Shown here: positions 56,708 through 64,000 of the stretch, one piece after another | How positions within the stretch are numbered: the first letter of the stretch is position 1 | Layout of the letters: each line of letters opens with the position of its first letter | Assembly: GCA_963816355.1 (NCBI GenBank) | Contig: CAWFKH010000003.1 | Coordinates: forward strand, 32,001 to 96,000 | DNA: 64,000 nt | Origin: an uncultured Gemmatimonadales bacterium | Lineage (GTDB): Bacteria; Gemmatimonadota; Gemmatimonadetes; Longimicrobiales; RSA9 | Reading direction: 5' to 3' | Notes under the pieces: generated by a model | The model's database searches: none | Told to the model about the DNA's origin: nothing | Seen by the model: only the letters and a program-made list of their open reading frames with translations | Translations under genes and position numbers: made by a program

Positions 56708-58537
56708 TCAGTACCCGCGCGGCTGGCCGTCGTGGCGCGGGTCCGCGACGCCGATCCAGCCGGCGGCGCCGCGCGTCACGAGATAGATCCGGGCGAAGCC
56801 GTCCGCTCGCGGCGTCGGGTCGTAGCCGGTGACGCGGATGTCGCGCAGCACCGTGGGCGGAAAGCCGCGCTCGAGCTGCACCTTGCGGCTGTGAGGGGAA
56901 GGGAAGATGCGCGGCATGCGCACGGCGTCCAGCGGGTCCATCCCGTAGTCCAGCACGTACACCATCACCTGGGCCAGGGCCGTGGGGATGCGCGCGCCGC
57001 CGGGGGCGCCGATCACCATCCGCACGCGGCCGCCGCGCACGACGATCGTGGGCGAGATCGTCGAGCGGCGCGTCCGCCACGCGGTGTTGGGCGGCAGCCG
57101 GATCGGGCCGGCCGTCCAGATGTAGCCGGAGTCGTTCAGAAAGAAGCCCCCCACCCACGCGCCGGAGCCGAACGCGTCGCTGTTCGTCTGCGTCAGCGCC
57201 ACCGCGTTCCCCGCCGCGTCGACGACGGAGATGTGCGTCGTCTCGCCGCCCGGCGCCCCGCTCGTGTCCGGCGGCGCGGGCGCCGCGCCGTCCGCGGCGG
57301 CGGCGGCGGGCGGGTACGGGTCGTAGCGCGCGCATGCGCCGGGCGGCGGCGTGTCGTCGAAGCGCGCCGGCTCTCCCGCCTCGACCTCGGGCGGGGGCCG
57401 GCCGGTGCCCACGAGCGCGCGGCGCACGGAGGCGAACGCGCCGGAGGCGACGCCGCGCGCGGGCACCGGCGCCCAGCGCGGATCGTCGTCGACACCCGCG
57501 TCGGCCATGGCGACCCGGAGCGCGGACGCGAGCACGTCGAACGCGCGCGCGGAGCGGGTGGGCAGGCCGAGCTCGGGCAGGCGGAACGGCTCGAGCAGCT
57601 CGAGCGTCTCCAGAAGCTGCATCCCGGTCTGCGGCGGCGGCGCCGAGAGCACGGCGTAGTCGCGGTAGGTGGAGCAGAGCGGCCGCTTCCACTGCGGCAT
57701 GTAGGCCGCGAAATCCTCCAGCGTGGTCGGGTTGCCGGCGTCGTTGAGCCGCTTCACGATCGCCTGCGCCGTGGTGCCCGCGTAGAAGCCGGCGCGGCCG
57801 TTCTGTGCGACGAGCCGCAGCGTGCGCGCGAGCGCGTCGTTGCGGAAGACGGACCCCGGGGGCAGCGGCCGGCCGTTCGGCCACCAGCGCGCGGCGGCCT
57901 CGTCGAAGCGATGAAGGCGAACGGAGTCGGATGCGATGAGTGCGCCGAGCACCTGCCCGATGGGGTAGCCGGTCGCGGCCAGGCGGATCGCCGGGGCCAT
58001 CACGCGCTCGAGCGGCAGTCGGCCGAAGCGCTCGTGCGCCGCGAGCAGGCCGGCCACCTCGCCCGGCACGCCGACGATCCTCAGGTCCTGCGCGCCGGCG
58101 TACGGCCCCGTATGCCCCTGGAACGCCGCCGCCTGCTGCGCCGCGTAGAAGTCGAGGTAGTACGGCTTCCCCTCCTTGGCGACCCAGATCGTCATCGCGC
58201 CGCCGCCGCCGAGACCGGACATCTGCGGCTCGACCACGCCGATCGCGAACGCCGTCGCCACGGCCGCGTCGACCGCGTTTCCGCCCGCCTTCAGGATCTC
58301 GATCCCCGCTTCGCTCGCCAGCGCGTTCGCCGAGCTGACGACGCCGTGCTGCGCGACGACGCGGCTGGCGGCGTCCGGAGGCGGCGCCGCCGTCGGCGCG
58401 GGCGGCGCGCCCGCGCAGCCGGCGGCGAGGAGGAGCGTGAAGGCGACGGATCGAGGCGGGCGGCGGCGCAAGCAGGCGCAGCGTCGATCGGCGTCCGGGT
58501 GAAGGCCGGAGGGGCGGAGGGCGTGGCGTCGGGTCAT
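56708..58537 (-). CDS. ggt: Gamma-glutamyltransferase (lipoprotein)
   Basis: GGNAVDAAVA, SGLGGGG, VGVPG, ETTHISVVD, FGSG, GAPGGARI, ADPR. Confidence 0.92.
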   Translation of the reverse strand: MTRRHALRPSGLHPDADRRCACLRRRPPRSVAFTLLLAAGCAGAPPAPTAAPPPDAASRVVAQHGVVSSANALASEAGIEILKAGGNAVDAAVATAFAIGVVEPQMSGLGGGGAMTIWVAKEGKPYYLDFYAAQQAAAFQGHTGPYAGAQDLRIVGVPGEVAGLLAAHERFGRLPLERVMAPAIRLAATGYPIGQVLGALIASDSVRLHRFDEAAARWWPNGRPLPPGSVFRNDALARTLRLVAQNGRAGFYAGTTAQAIVKRLNDAGNPTTLEDFAAYMPQWKRPLCSTYRDYAVLSAPPPQTGMQLLETLELLEPFRLPELGLPTRSARAFDVLASALRVAMADAGVDDDPRWAPVPARGVASGAFASVRRALVGTGRPPPEVEAGEPARFDDTPPPGACARYDPYPPAAAAADGAAPAPPDTSGAPGGETTHISVVDAAGNAVALTQTNSDAFGSGAWVGGFFLNDSGYIWTAGPIRLPPNTAWRTRRSTISPTIVVRGGRVRMVIGAPGGARIPTALAQVMVYVLDYGMDPLDAVRMPRIFPSPHSRKVQLERGFPPTVLRDIRVTGYDPTPRADGFARIYLVTRGAAGWIGVADPRHDGQPRGY

Positions 58538-58696
58538 GGCGGTTCGCGGCTCGGGTCGAGGCGAAGTTGCGTCGGGGCAGGCGTCGCCGGCAAGGCGCGC
58601 GTACGTCTGGCGGACCCGGCCGCGCCTCGCTACGCTGGTTCGGAGCGGATCCTCATGGATCCTTCGTTCGCAGCCGACGGCCGGACCGGAGACGAC

Positions 58697-59251
58697 GTGA
58701 AGCGCACAATCGTGCTCGACAGCCTTCTCGGCGCCGCGGCGCTCGGCGTCTCGGCTGGGTTGCGCACGTTTTCGGCGCCCGCGCTGATCGCCGACCACCT
58801 GCGCCGCCACCCGCGCTCGCGGGCGCGCGGCGCCGAGCGGCTGCTCCAGGCGAGCGCCGCGGCGCCGGTGCTCGGCACGTTGCTCCTCGCCGAAGTCGTC
58901 GCCGACAAGCTGCCCGGCATGCCGGACCGCATCGCGCCCGCCGGCCTGATCGGCCGCGCGGCCTCCGGCGCGCTCGCCGGCGCCGCCCTCGCGGGACGGC
59001 GCGCGGGCCGCGCCGGCCGCGCCGGCCGCGCCGTTCGCACCGCCCTTGGCGCGGCCGGAGCGCCCGCGAACGGGCTCGTCGCGCTCGCGGCGCTGGTCGG
59101 GGCGGGCGCGGCCGTCGCCAGCGCGTACGCCGGCTTCCACCTGCGGCGCGCCGCCGTGCGCAGGCTCGGCCTGCCCGATACCGCGGTCGCGCTCGCGGAG
59201 GACGGGGTGATGCGGCTCGCCGGCGCCGTCGGCGTTGACCGCGCGCGTTGA
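58697..59251 (+). CDS. DUF4126-like membrane protein
   Basis: GLRTFSAP, EVVADKLP, ALAED. Confidence 0.65.
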   Translation: MKRTIVLDSLLGAAALGVSAGLRTFSAPALIADHLRRHPRSRARGAERLLQASAAAPVLGTLLLAEVVADKLPGMPDRIAPAGLIGRAASGALAGAALAGRRAGRAGRAGRAVRTALGAAGAPANGLVALAALVGAGAAVASAYAGFHLRRAAVRRLGLPDTAVALAEDGVMRLAGAVGVDRAR

Positions 59252-59275
59252 GTGCACCGGAACCCGGAGAAGGCG

Positions 59276-59833
59276 ATGGAAGACAGCGATCGCGTGATCG
59301 AGCAGGCGGCCGCGCAGAAGATCGAGGCCGCGTCGCTGCTGGAAGGCATGTCCGACTCCCTCTACCGGTGGCGGCCGGAGCCGCAGAAGTGGTCGGCAGG
59401 GGAGCACGTCGTCCATCTCACGCTCAGCGTGCTGCCGTATCTCGAGCCGCTCGACCGCGCGATCGAAGACGCGGGCGCTGCGGCGGGCGCGGGCGGCCGC
59501 CGCTCGCCGCGCGAGCCGTGGACGGGCGCCTTCCTGCTGCGCAACATGGAGCCGCCGCCGCGCCGTCGCTTCCGCACCTTCAAGCGACTGCTGCCGCTCG
59601 ACGTGCCGCCGCGCGAGCAGGCGCTCGCCGAATTTGGCGCCGCCCTGGACGACTTCGCGCAGCGAGCCGAGCGGGCCCGGCAGATCGACCCGCGGCGCGC
59701 GCGCCTCCGCTCCCCGTTCGTGCCGCTGATCGCGCTCAGCGCGCGGCAAGCGTTCGACGTCGTGCTCGCCCACGACCGGCGGCACTTCTGGCACATCCGT
59801 CAGATCCTGGAGCGGCCCGGCCGCCCCGCGTGA
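59276..59833 (+). CDS. DinB-family protein
   Basis: WRPEPQKWSAGEHVVHL...HDRRH. Confidence 0.85.
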   Translation: MEDSDRVIEQAAAQKIEAASLLEGMSDSLYRWRPEPQKWSAGEHVVHLTLSVLPYLEPLDRAIEDAGAAAGAGGRRSPREPWTGAFLLRNMEPPPRRRFRTFKRLLPLDVPPREQALAEFGAALDDFAQRAERARQIDPRRARLRSPFVPLIALSARQAFDVVLAHDRRHFWHIRQILERPGRPA

Positions 59834-59856
59834 CCCACCCGAGCCGCAGGCCAGCC

Positions 59857-61101
59857 ATGGACCGCCGCGCCTTCATCGCCGCCGCCGGCGCCGCCGCCGC
59901 CGGCGCGACGCTGCCCGTCCCCGCCCGCGCCGAAGAGCTGCACCCGGCGATCGCCCGCCTGCAGACGCGCGCGGCGCCGCCGCCGATCTCGGAAGCGGAG
60001 CGCGCGCAGCGACGAGCGGCGCTGCAGCGGCTGATGGAGGCGAGCGGCGTCGCCGCCGTCTTCCTCGAGCCCGGTGCCTCGCTGGAGTACTTCGGCTCGA
60101 TTCCCTGGAGCCGCAGCGAGCGCGTGTTCGGCCTGCTCGTGCCGCGTCGCGGCGACGCCGTCGTCGTCTCGCCGGCGTTCGAGAAGCAGCGCGCGGAGCG
60201 GCAGGTCCGCGGCCGCTTCCAGATCTTCACCTGGCAGGAGGACGAGAGTCCGTACGAGTTGATCGCGCGCAAGACGCGCGAGCTGGGCGGCGCGAGCGGC
60301 ACGATCGCCGTCGACGACAGCGCCCGCGTCTTCGTCGCCCACGGCATCCGCGCCGCCGGCGCGCCGGGCCTCGTGGCTGGCGACGCGGCCGAGATCCTGC
60401 ACCGGTCGCGCGGCGTGAAGAGCGCGCACGAGATCGCGATCATGCGCTTCGCCAACCGCATCACGCTGGAAGCCTACGCCGCCGCCTTCCGCACGATGCG
60501 CGCGGGCATGACGCAGCGCGACCTCGCGCTCAACGTGAGCGCGGCGATGCAGAAGCTCGGCTACGAAGGCTACGCGCTCGTGCTGTTCGGCGAGTCGTCG
60601 GCGTACCCGCACGGAGCGGAGAATCCGGCGCCGCTGAAGGAGGGCGACGTCGTCCTGGTCGACGGCGGCCTGAGCGTCCACGGCTACGAGTCGGACGACA
60701 CGCGCACCGTCACCTTCGGCCGCCCCTCGGCGGAGGCGCAGCGCGTATTCGACGTCGTGCAGGGCGCGCAGCGGGCGGCGCTCGCGGCCGCGAAGCCGGG
60801 GCGGCCGTGCGGCGCCGTCGACGACGCCGCGCGCGACTTCATCACCCGCGCCGGCTACGGGCCGGACTACCGCCTCTTCACGCACCGCCTCGGCCACGGA
60901 ATCGGCCTCGAGGGCCACGAATGGCCCTACCTCGTGCGCGGCAGCGACATCGAGCTGCGGCCCGGCATGACCTTCAGCGACGAGCCCGGCATCTACCAGT
61001 ACGGCAAGTTCGGCGTCCGCCTCGAAGACATCATCGCCATCACCGGCGACGGCGCCGAGATGCTCACGGAGCCCGCCACGCGCCTCGCCTTCGAAGGCTG
61101 A
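59857..61101 (+). CDS. M24 Xaa-Pro peptidase with a Tat signal
   Basis: DRRAFI Tat motif; DGG..YESD, HRLGHGIGLEGHE, EPGIY, RLED. Confidence 0.92.
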   Translation: MDRRAFIAAAGAAAAGATLPVPARAEELHPAIARLQTRAAPPPISEAERAQRRAALQRLMEASGVAAVFLEPGASLEYFGSIPWSRSERVFGLLVPRRGDAVVVSPAFEKQRAERQVRGRFQIFTWQEDESPYELIARKTRELGGASGTIAVDDSARVFVAHGIRAAGAPGLVAGDAAEILHRSRGVKSAHEIAIMRFANRITLEAYAAAFRTMRAGMTQRDLALNVSAAMQKLGYEGYALVLFGESSAYPHGAENPAPLKEGDVVLVDGGLSVHGYESDDTRTVTFGRPSAEAQRVFDVVQGAQRAALAAAKPGRPCGAVDDAARDFITRAGYGPDYRLFTHRLGHGIGLEGHEWPYLVRGSDIELRPGMTFSDEPGIYQYGKFGVRLEDIIAITGDGAEMLTEPATRLAFEG

Positions 61102-61146
61102 GCGGCGATGGTCCGCGCCACCCCTTCCCATCGCTGAGCGGCGATG
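61097..61146 (+). repeat. 14-bp direct repeat GCTGAGCGGCGATG (36-bp period) enclosing a 9-codon ORF
   Basis: Copies at 61097-61110 and 61133-61146. Confidence 0.8.
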
Positions 61147-62139
61147 CCCAGCGCCACCGTCTTCGTCGGCCATCCGGACTGCGCGCGCCACGACACCGGC
61201 TGGGGCCACCCCGAACACCAGGGGCGGCTGCCGGCGCTGGTCCGCGCGATCGAGCGCGACACGCCCGCGCTGATCGAGCACGTCTCCCAGCGCGAGGCGC
61301 ATCCCGCCGGCGAGCGGGACCTGCTGCGCGCCCACACACCGTCGCACCTCCAGCGCGTGCGCGGCGCCGTCGCGCGCGCGAGCCGCAGCGGCCGCCCCGT
61401 GCGGCTCGACATGGACACCGTCGTCTCTGCCGCGTCCTGGGACGCCGCCTGCGCCGCCGCCGGCTGCGTCCTGACCGCCGCTTCCCTCGTCCTCGACGGC
61501 GCCGTCCGCACCGGCTTCGCCGCGTGCCGTCCGCCCGGCCACCACGCGACCGCCGACCGGCCGATGGGATTCTGCCTCTTCAACAACGTAGCCGTCACCG
61601 CGCGCATGCTCCGCGAGCGCGGCGTCGACCGCGTGCTGATCGTCGACTGGGACGTGCACCACGGCAACGGCACGCAGGAGATCTTCTACGACGACGGCTC
61701 CGTCTTCTACCTCTCCACGCACCTCACGCCGCACTACCCCGGTACCGGCCGCGCCGCCGAGCGCGGCAGCGGCCCGGGCGTCGGCACCACCCGCAACGTC
61801 CCGCTCGCCGCCGGCACCGGCGCCGACATCTATTTCGACTGCCTCGAAGAAGCCCTCGAGGAGGCCGCCGGCTTCCGCCCCGACTTCGTCCTCGCCTCCG
61901 CCGGATTCGACTGCCTCGCCGGCGACCCGCTCGGCGGCATGCTCCTCGAGCCGGCCGACCTCCACCGCCTGACCCGCCGGCTCGTCGCGCTCGCCGACGA
62001 CCACGCCGAAGGCCGCCTCGTCGTCGCGCTCGAGGGCGGCTACGCGCCCGCGCGCCTCGGCGCCGGTGCCGTCGACGTGCTGCGCGCGCTGGCCGACCTG
62101 CCGCCCGCGCACGGCGACGCGGCGCATGGCGCCGGCTGA
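61144..62139 (+). CDS. Histone deacetylase-family (AcuC/AphA-like) amidohydrolase
   Basis: HPE..RL, RPPGHHA, GFCLFNN, DWDVHHGNGTQ, SAGFD, LEGGY. Confidence 0.94.
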   Translation: MPSATVFVGHPDCARHDTGWGHPEHQGRLPALVRAIERDTPALIEHVSQREAHPAGERDLLRAHTPSHLQRVRGAVARASRSGRPVRLDMDTVVSAASWDAACAAAGCVLTAASLVLDGAVRTGFAACRPPGHHATADRPMGFCLFNNVAVTARMLRERGVDRVLIVDWDVHHGNGTQEIFYDDGSVFYLSTHLTPHYPGTGRAAERGSGPGVGTTRNVPLAAGTGADIYFDCLEEALEEAAGFRPDFVLASAGFDCLAGDPLGGMLLEPADLHRLTRRLVALADDHAEGRLVVALEGGYAPARLGAGAVDVLRALADLPPAHGDAAHGAG

Positions 62140-62152
62140 GGCGGGCGCGCTT

Positions 62153-62199
62153 CGATCCCGCACCCCGATCCCGCACCCCGACCCCGCACCCGGTCCCGC
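62153..62199 (+). repeat. Degenerate 12-bp tandem repeat (CGATCCCGCACC) x about 4
   Basis: cgatcccgcacc-ccgatcccgcacc-ccgaccccgcacc-cggtcccgc. Confidence 0.75.
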
Positions 62200-62205
62200 C
62201 GTCCA

Positions 62206-62235
62206 TTGACCGCCGCTTCGACCTCCGTCTACATT
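62206..62235 (+). promoter_or_regulatory. sigma70-type promoter, probably leaderless
   Basis: TTGACC-N18-TACATT, ending 6 nt before ATG 62242. Confidence 0.5.
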
Positions 62236-62241
62236 CTTCCG

Positions 62242-63222
62242 ATGCCTTTCGACGAGGGGTCCGGCTCCGGCGTTCCCGGGGGCCGCGGCTCCGGCGACAA
62301 CGATCCACAGGCCGACTCCGCCGCGGGGGGCGCGGCCGACGCCGCGACGCTGCTCGAGGCGGGTCCCACCGTGCTGGGACTGGCACGCCTCAGCCGCCGT
62401 GCCGGCCTCGTGCCCGCCGAGGAGGAGGTGTACCGCCGCATCGCGCAGCTCGTAGATATCGGCGAAGACGACGAGTTCCTCGTGGCGCCGTGCGGCCGCG
62501 GCCTCGCCGCCGAGTTCCTCGCCGGCGCGACGGGCGCCGCGGGCTCCGGCGCCGACCCCGATTCCGCGCTCGTCGCCGCCGCGACCGAGCGCGTGCAGCA
62601 GCGCGGCCTCGCCGTGCGGCTCCACTTCGACCCCGGGCCGCTCACCGATCTTCCCTACAAGGACGACATCTTCGACCTCGTCATCGGCGACGTCGGCCTG
62701 GCCGCCTCGCGCGAGCCTGCGGCGGCCGTCGCGGAGCTGGCGCGCGTCGCGAAGCCGCTCGGCGCCGTCGTGCTCGTGCAACCGGTGTGGAACCGCGCGG
62801 TGGACGAGATCCGCCGCGACGTCCTCGTCGAACACCTCGGGGCGCGCCCGCAGCTGCTGGTCGAGTGGAAGCAGATGCTGCGCGATGCGGGCGTCGTCGA
62901 CCTCTTCGTCGAGGACCTCGTCGACGCGGCGAATCCGTGGCGGTCCCTGCTCGGCGGCGGCGCCGCCCTCGACTTTCCCACGCTGCGCGAGCGGCTCCAT
63001 CTTCTCTACAGCGCCTGGCGCCAGTGGGGCTGGTACGGTCTCGGCCAGGCGGTCGCGGGCGGACAGGAGCTGCGCCGCCTGATCATGCGGGAGCGCATCC
63101 TCGGCCTCGCGCTGATCAAGGGCACGAAGTGGCGCGAGCAGCCGGCCGGCGACGGCCGAGGGCCCCACGACCCCGCCGAAGCACCCGGCGAAGCGCGGGC
63201 CGGCGAAGCGCCGGAGAACTGA
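62242..63222 (+). CDS. Class I SAM-dependent methyltransferase-like protein
   Basis: Variant motif I FLVAPCGRG; DLPYKDDIFDLV, ELARVAKPLG. Confidence 0.8.
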   Translation: MPFDEGSGSGVPGGRGSGDNDPQADSAAGGAADAATLLEAGPTVLGLARLSRRAGLVPAEEEVYRRIAQLVDIGEDDEFLVAPCGRGLAAEFLAGATGAAGSGADPDSALVAAATERVQQRGLAVRLHFDPGPLTDLPYKDDIFDLVIGDVGLAASREPAAAVAELARVAKPLGAVVLVQPVWNRAVDEIRRDVLVEHLGARPQLLVEWKQMLRDAGVVDLFVEDLVDAANPWRSLLGGGAALDFPTLRERLHLLYSAWRQWGWYGLGQAVAGGQELRRLIMRERILGLALIKGTKWREQPAGDGRGPHDPAEAPGEARAGEAPEN

Positions 63223-63238
63223 ACGGACGGAGGCGACG

Positions 63239-64000
63239 TTGGCGAGTGGAGCGTTGGTAAGGCCCGATTTCGCGCGGCTGCGGGAGCGGCTGCCGTCGAT
63301 CCAGGAAGCGCTGCGGGAGCACGGGCTGGACGGCTGGTTGCTCTACGACCTGCACGCGCGCAACCCGGTTTCCTCCGGACTGCTCGGCCTGGGCGAGCTG
63401 ACGCGCCGCTGGTTCGTCCTGCTCCCCGCCGAGGGCGAGCCGACGGCCCTCACGCACGGCATCGAGCAGGGACCGTGGGAGCTGTGGCCGTGGCGCAGCG
63501 AGCGCTATGTCGGCTGGAGCGAGCTGGACGACCGCCTTCGTCGCCTCCTCGCCGGCCGGCCCCGCCTCGCCATGGAGGCGGTCGACCGCGACGCCGTGCC
63601 CGCCATCGACTTCGTCCCCTGGGGCGTCGTCGAGCTGATCCGTGCCGCCGGCGCCGACGTCTTCCCGTCCGGCGAGTTGATCTCGCTCTTCTACTCGCGC
63701 TGGAGTGCCGAGCAGCTCGCCTCGCACCGCCGCGCCGCCCGCGCCCTCGCCGACGTCGCGCGCGCCGCGTTCGACCACCTCGCCGCGCGCGTCCGCTCCG
63801 AGGGCGAGGCGCGCGAGGGCGCGATGCGAGGCTGGGTGATCGACGCGCTCGCGGAGCGCGGCGTGCGCGTCGGCGCCGACTGCATCTTCGCCTCCGGCCG
63901 CAACGCCGCCAACCCGCACTACGGCATCGAAGGCGAGGGCGGTCCGCTGGTGAAGGGCGACGTCGTGCTGCTCGACCTGTGGGGGAAGGAGGCGGACGAG
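63239..64000 (+). CDS. M24 family aminopeptidase, truncated by the window end
   Basis: GGAGG ribosome-binding site and TTG start; LDGWLLYD..NP, TRRW, NAANPHY, LLDLWGK; missing from the ORF track because there is no stop codon. Confidence 0.85.
   Translation, partial: MASGALVRPDFARLRERLPSIQEALREHGLDGWLLYDLHARNPVSSGLLGLGELTRRWFVLLPAEGEPTALTHGIEQGPWELWPWRSERYVGWSELDDRLRRLLAGRPRLAMEAVDRDAVPAIDFVPWGVVELIRAAGADVFPSGELISLFYSRWSAEQLASHRRAARALADVARAAFDHLAARVRSEGEAREGAMRGWVIDALAERGVRVGADCIFASGRNAANPHYGIEGEGGPLVKGDVVLLDLWGKEADE

Overview
A very GC-rich chromosomal segment with about 52 genes and one tRNA-Ala(UGC). The gene content (homodimeric alpha2-type GlyRS, a PolX-PHP/nth/YyaL block, many secreted peptidases) suggests Gemmatimonadota; this is inference only. 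It is mostly core metabolism: M28, M16, S9 and M24 peptidases, two different aconitases, an acyl-CoA oxidase-like enzyme, SOD, two histidine kinases, mscL, an NSS transporter, tryptophanase, argR/argG/argH/carB, GGT and an HDAC-family enzyme. I see no integrase, transposase, prophage or CRISPR array. Most long ORFs in the supplied track are GC-rich shadow frames. The strongest unexplained signals are: (1) a 200-bp array of 12 GNA-triloop mini-hairpins with compensatory stem changes just upstream of sod; (2) repeated local C-rich-to-G-rich strand switches that ignore gene orientation; (3) an orphan protein that looks like two ependymin/LolA-fold domains; (4) a frameshifted PolX with an altered catalytic triad; (5) several sigma54-like promoters, one followed by a long 5' hairpin; (6) a family of ATCCCGCA-core intergenic tandem repeats. 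All calls were made by eye, with no database searches.
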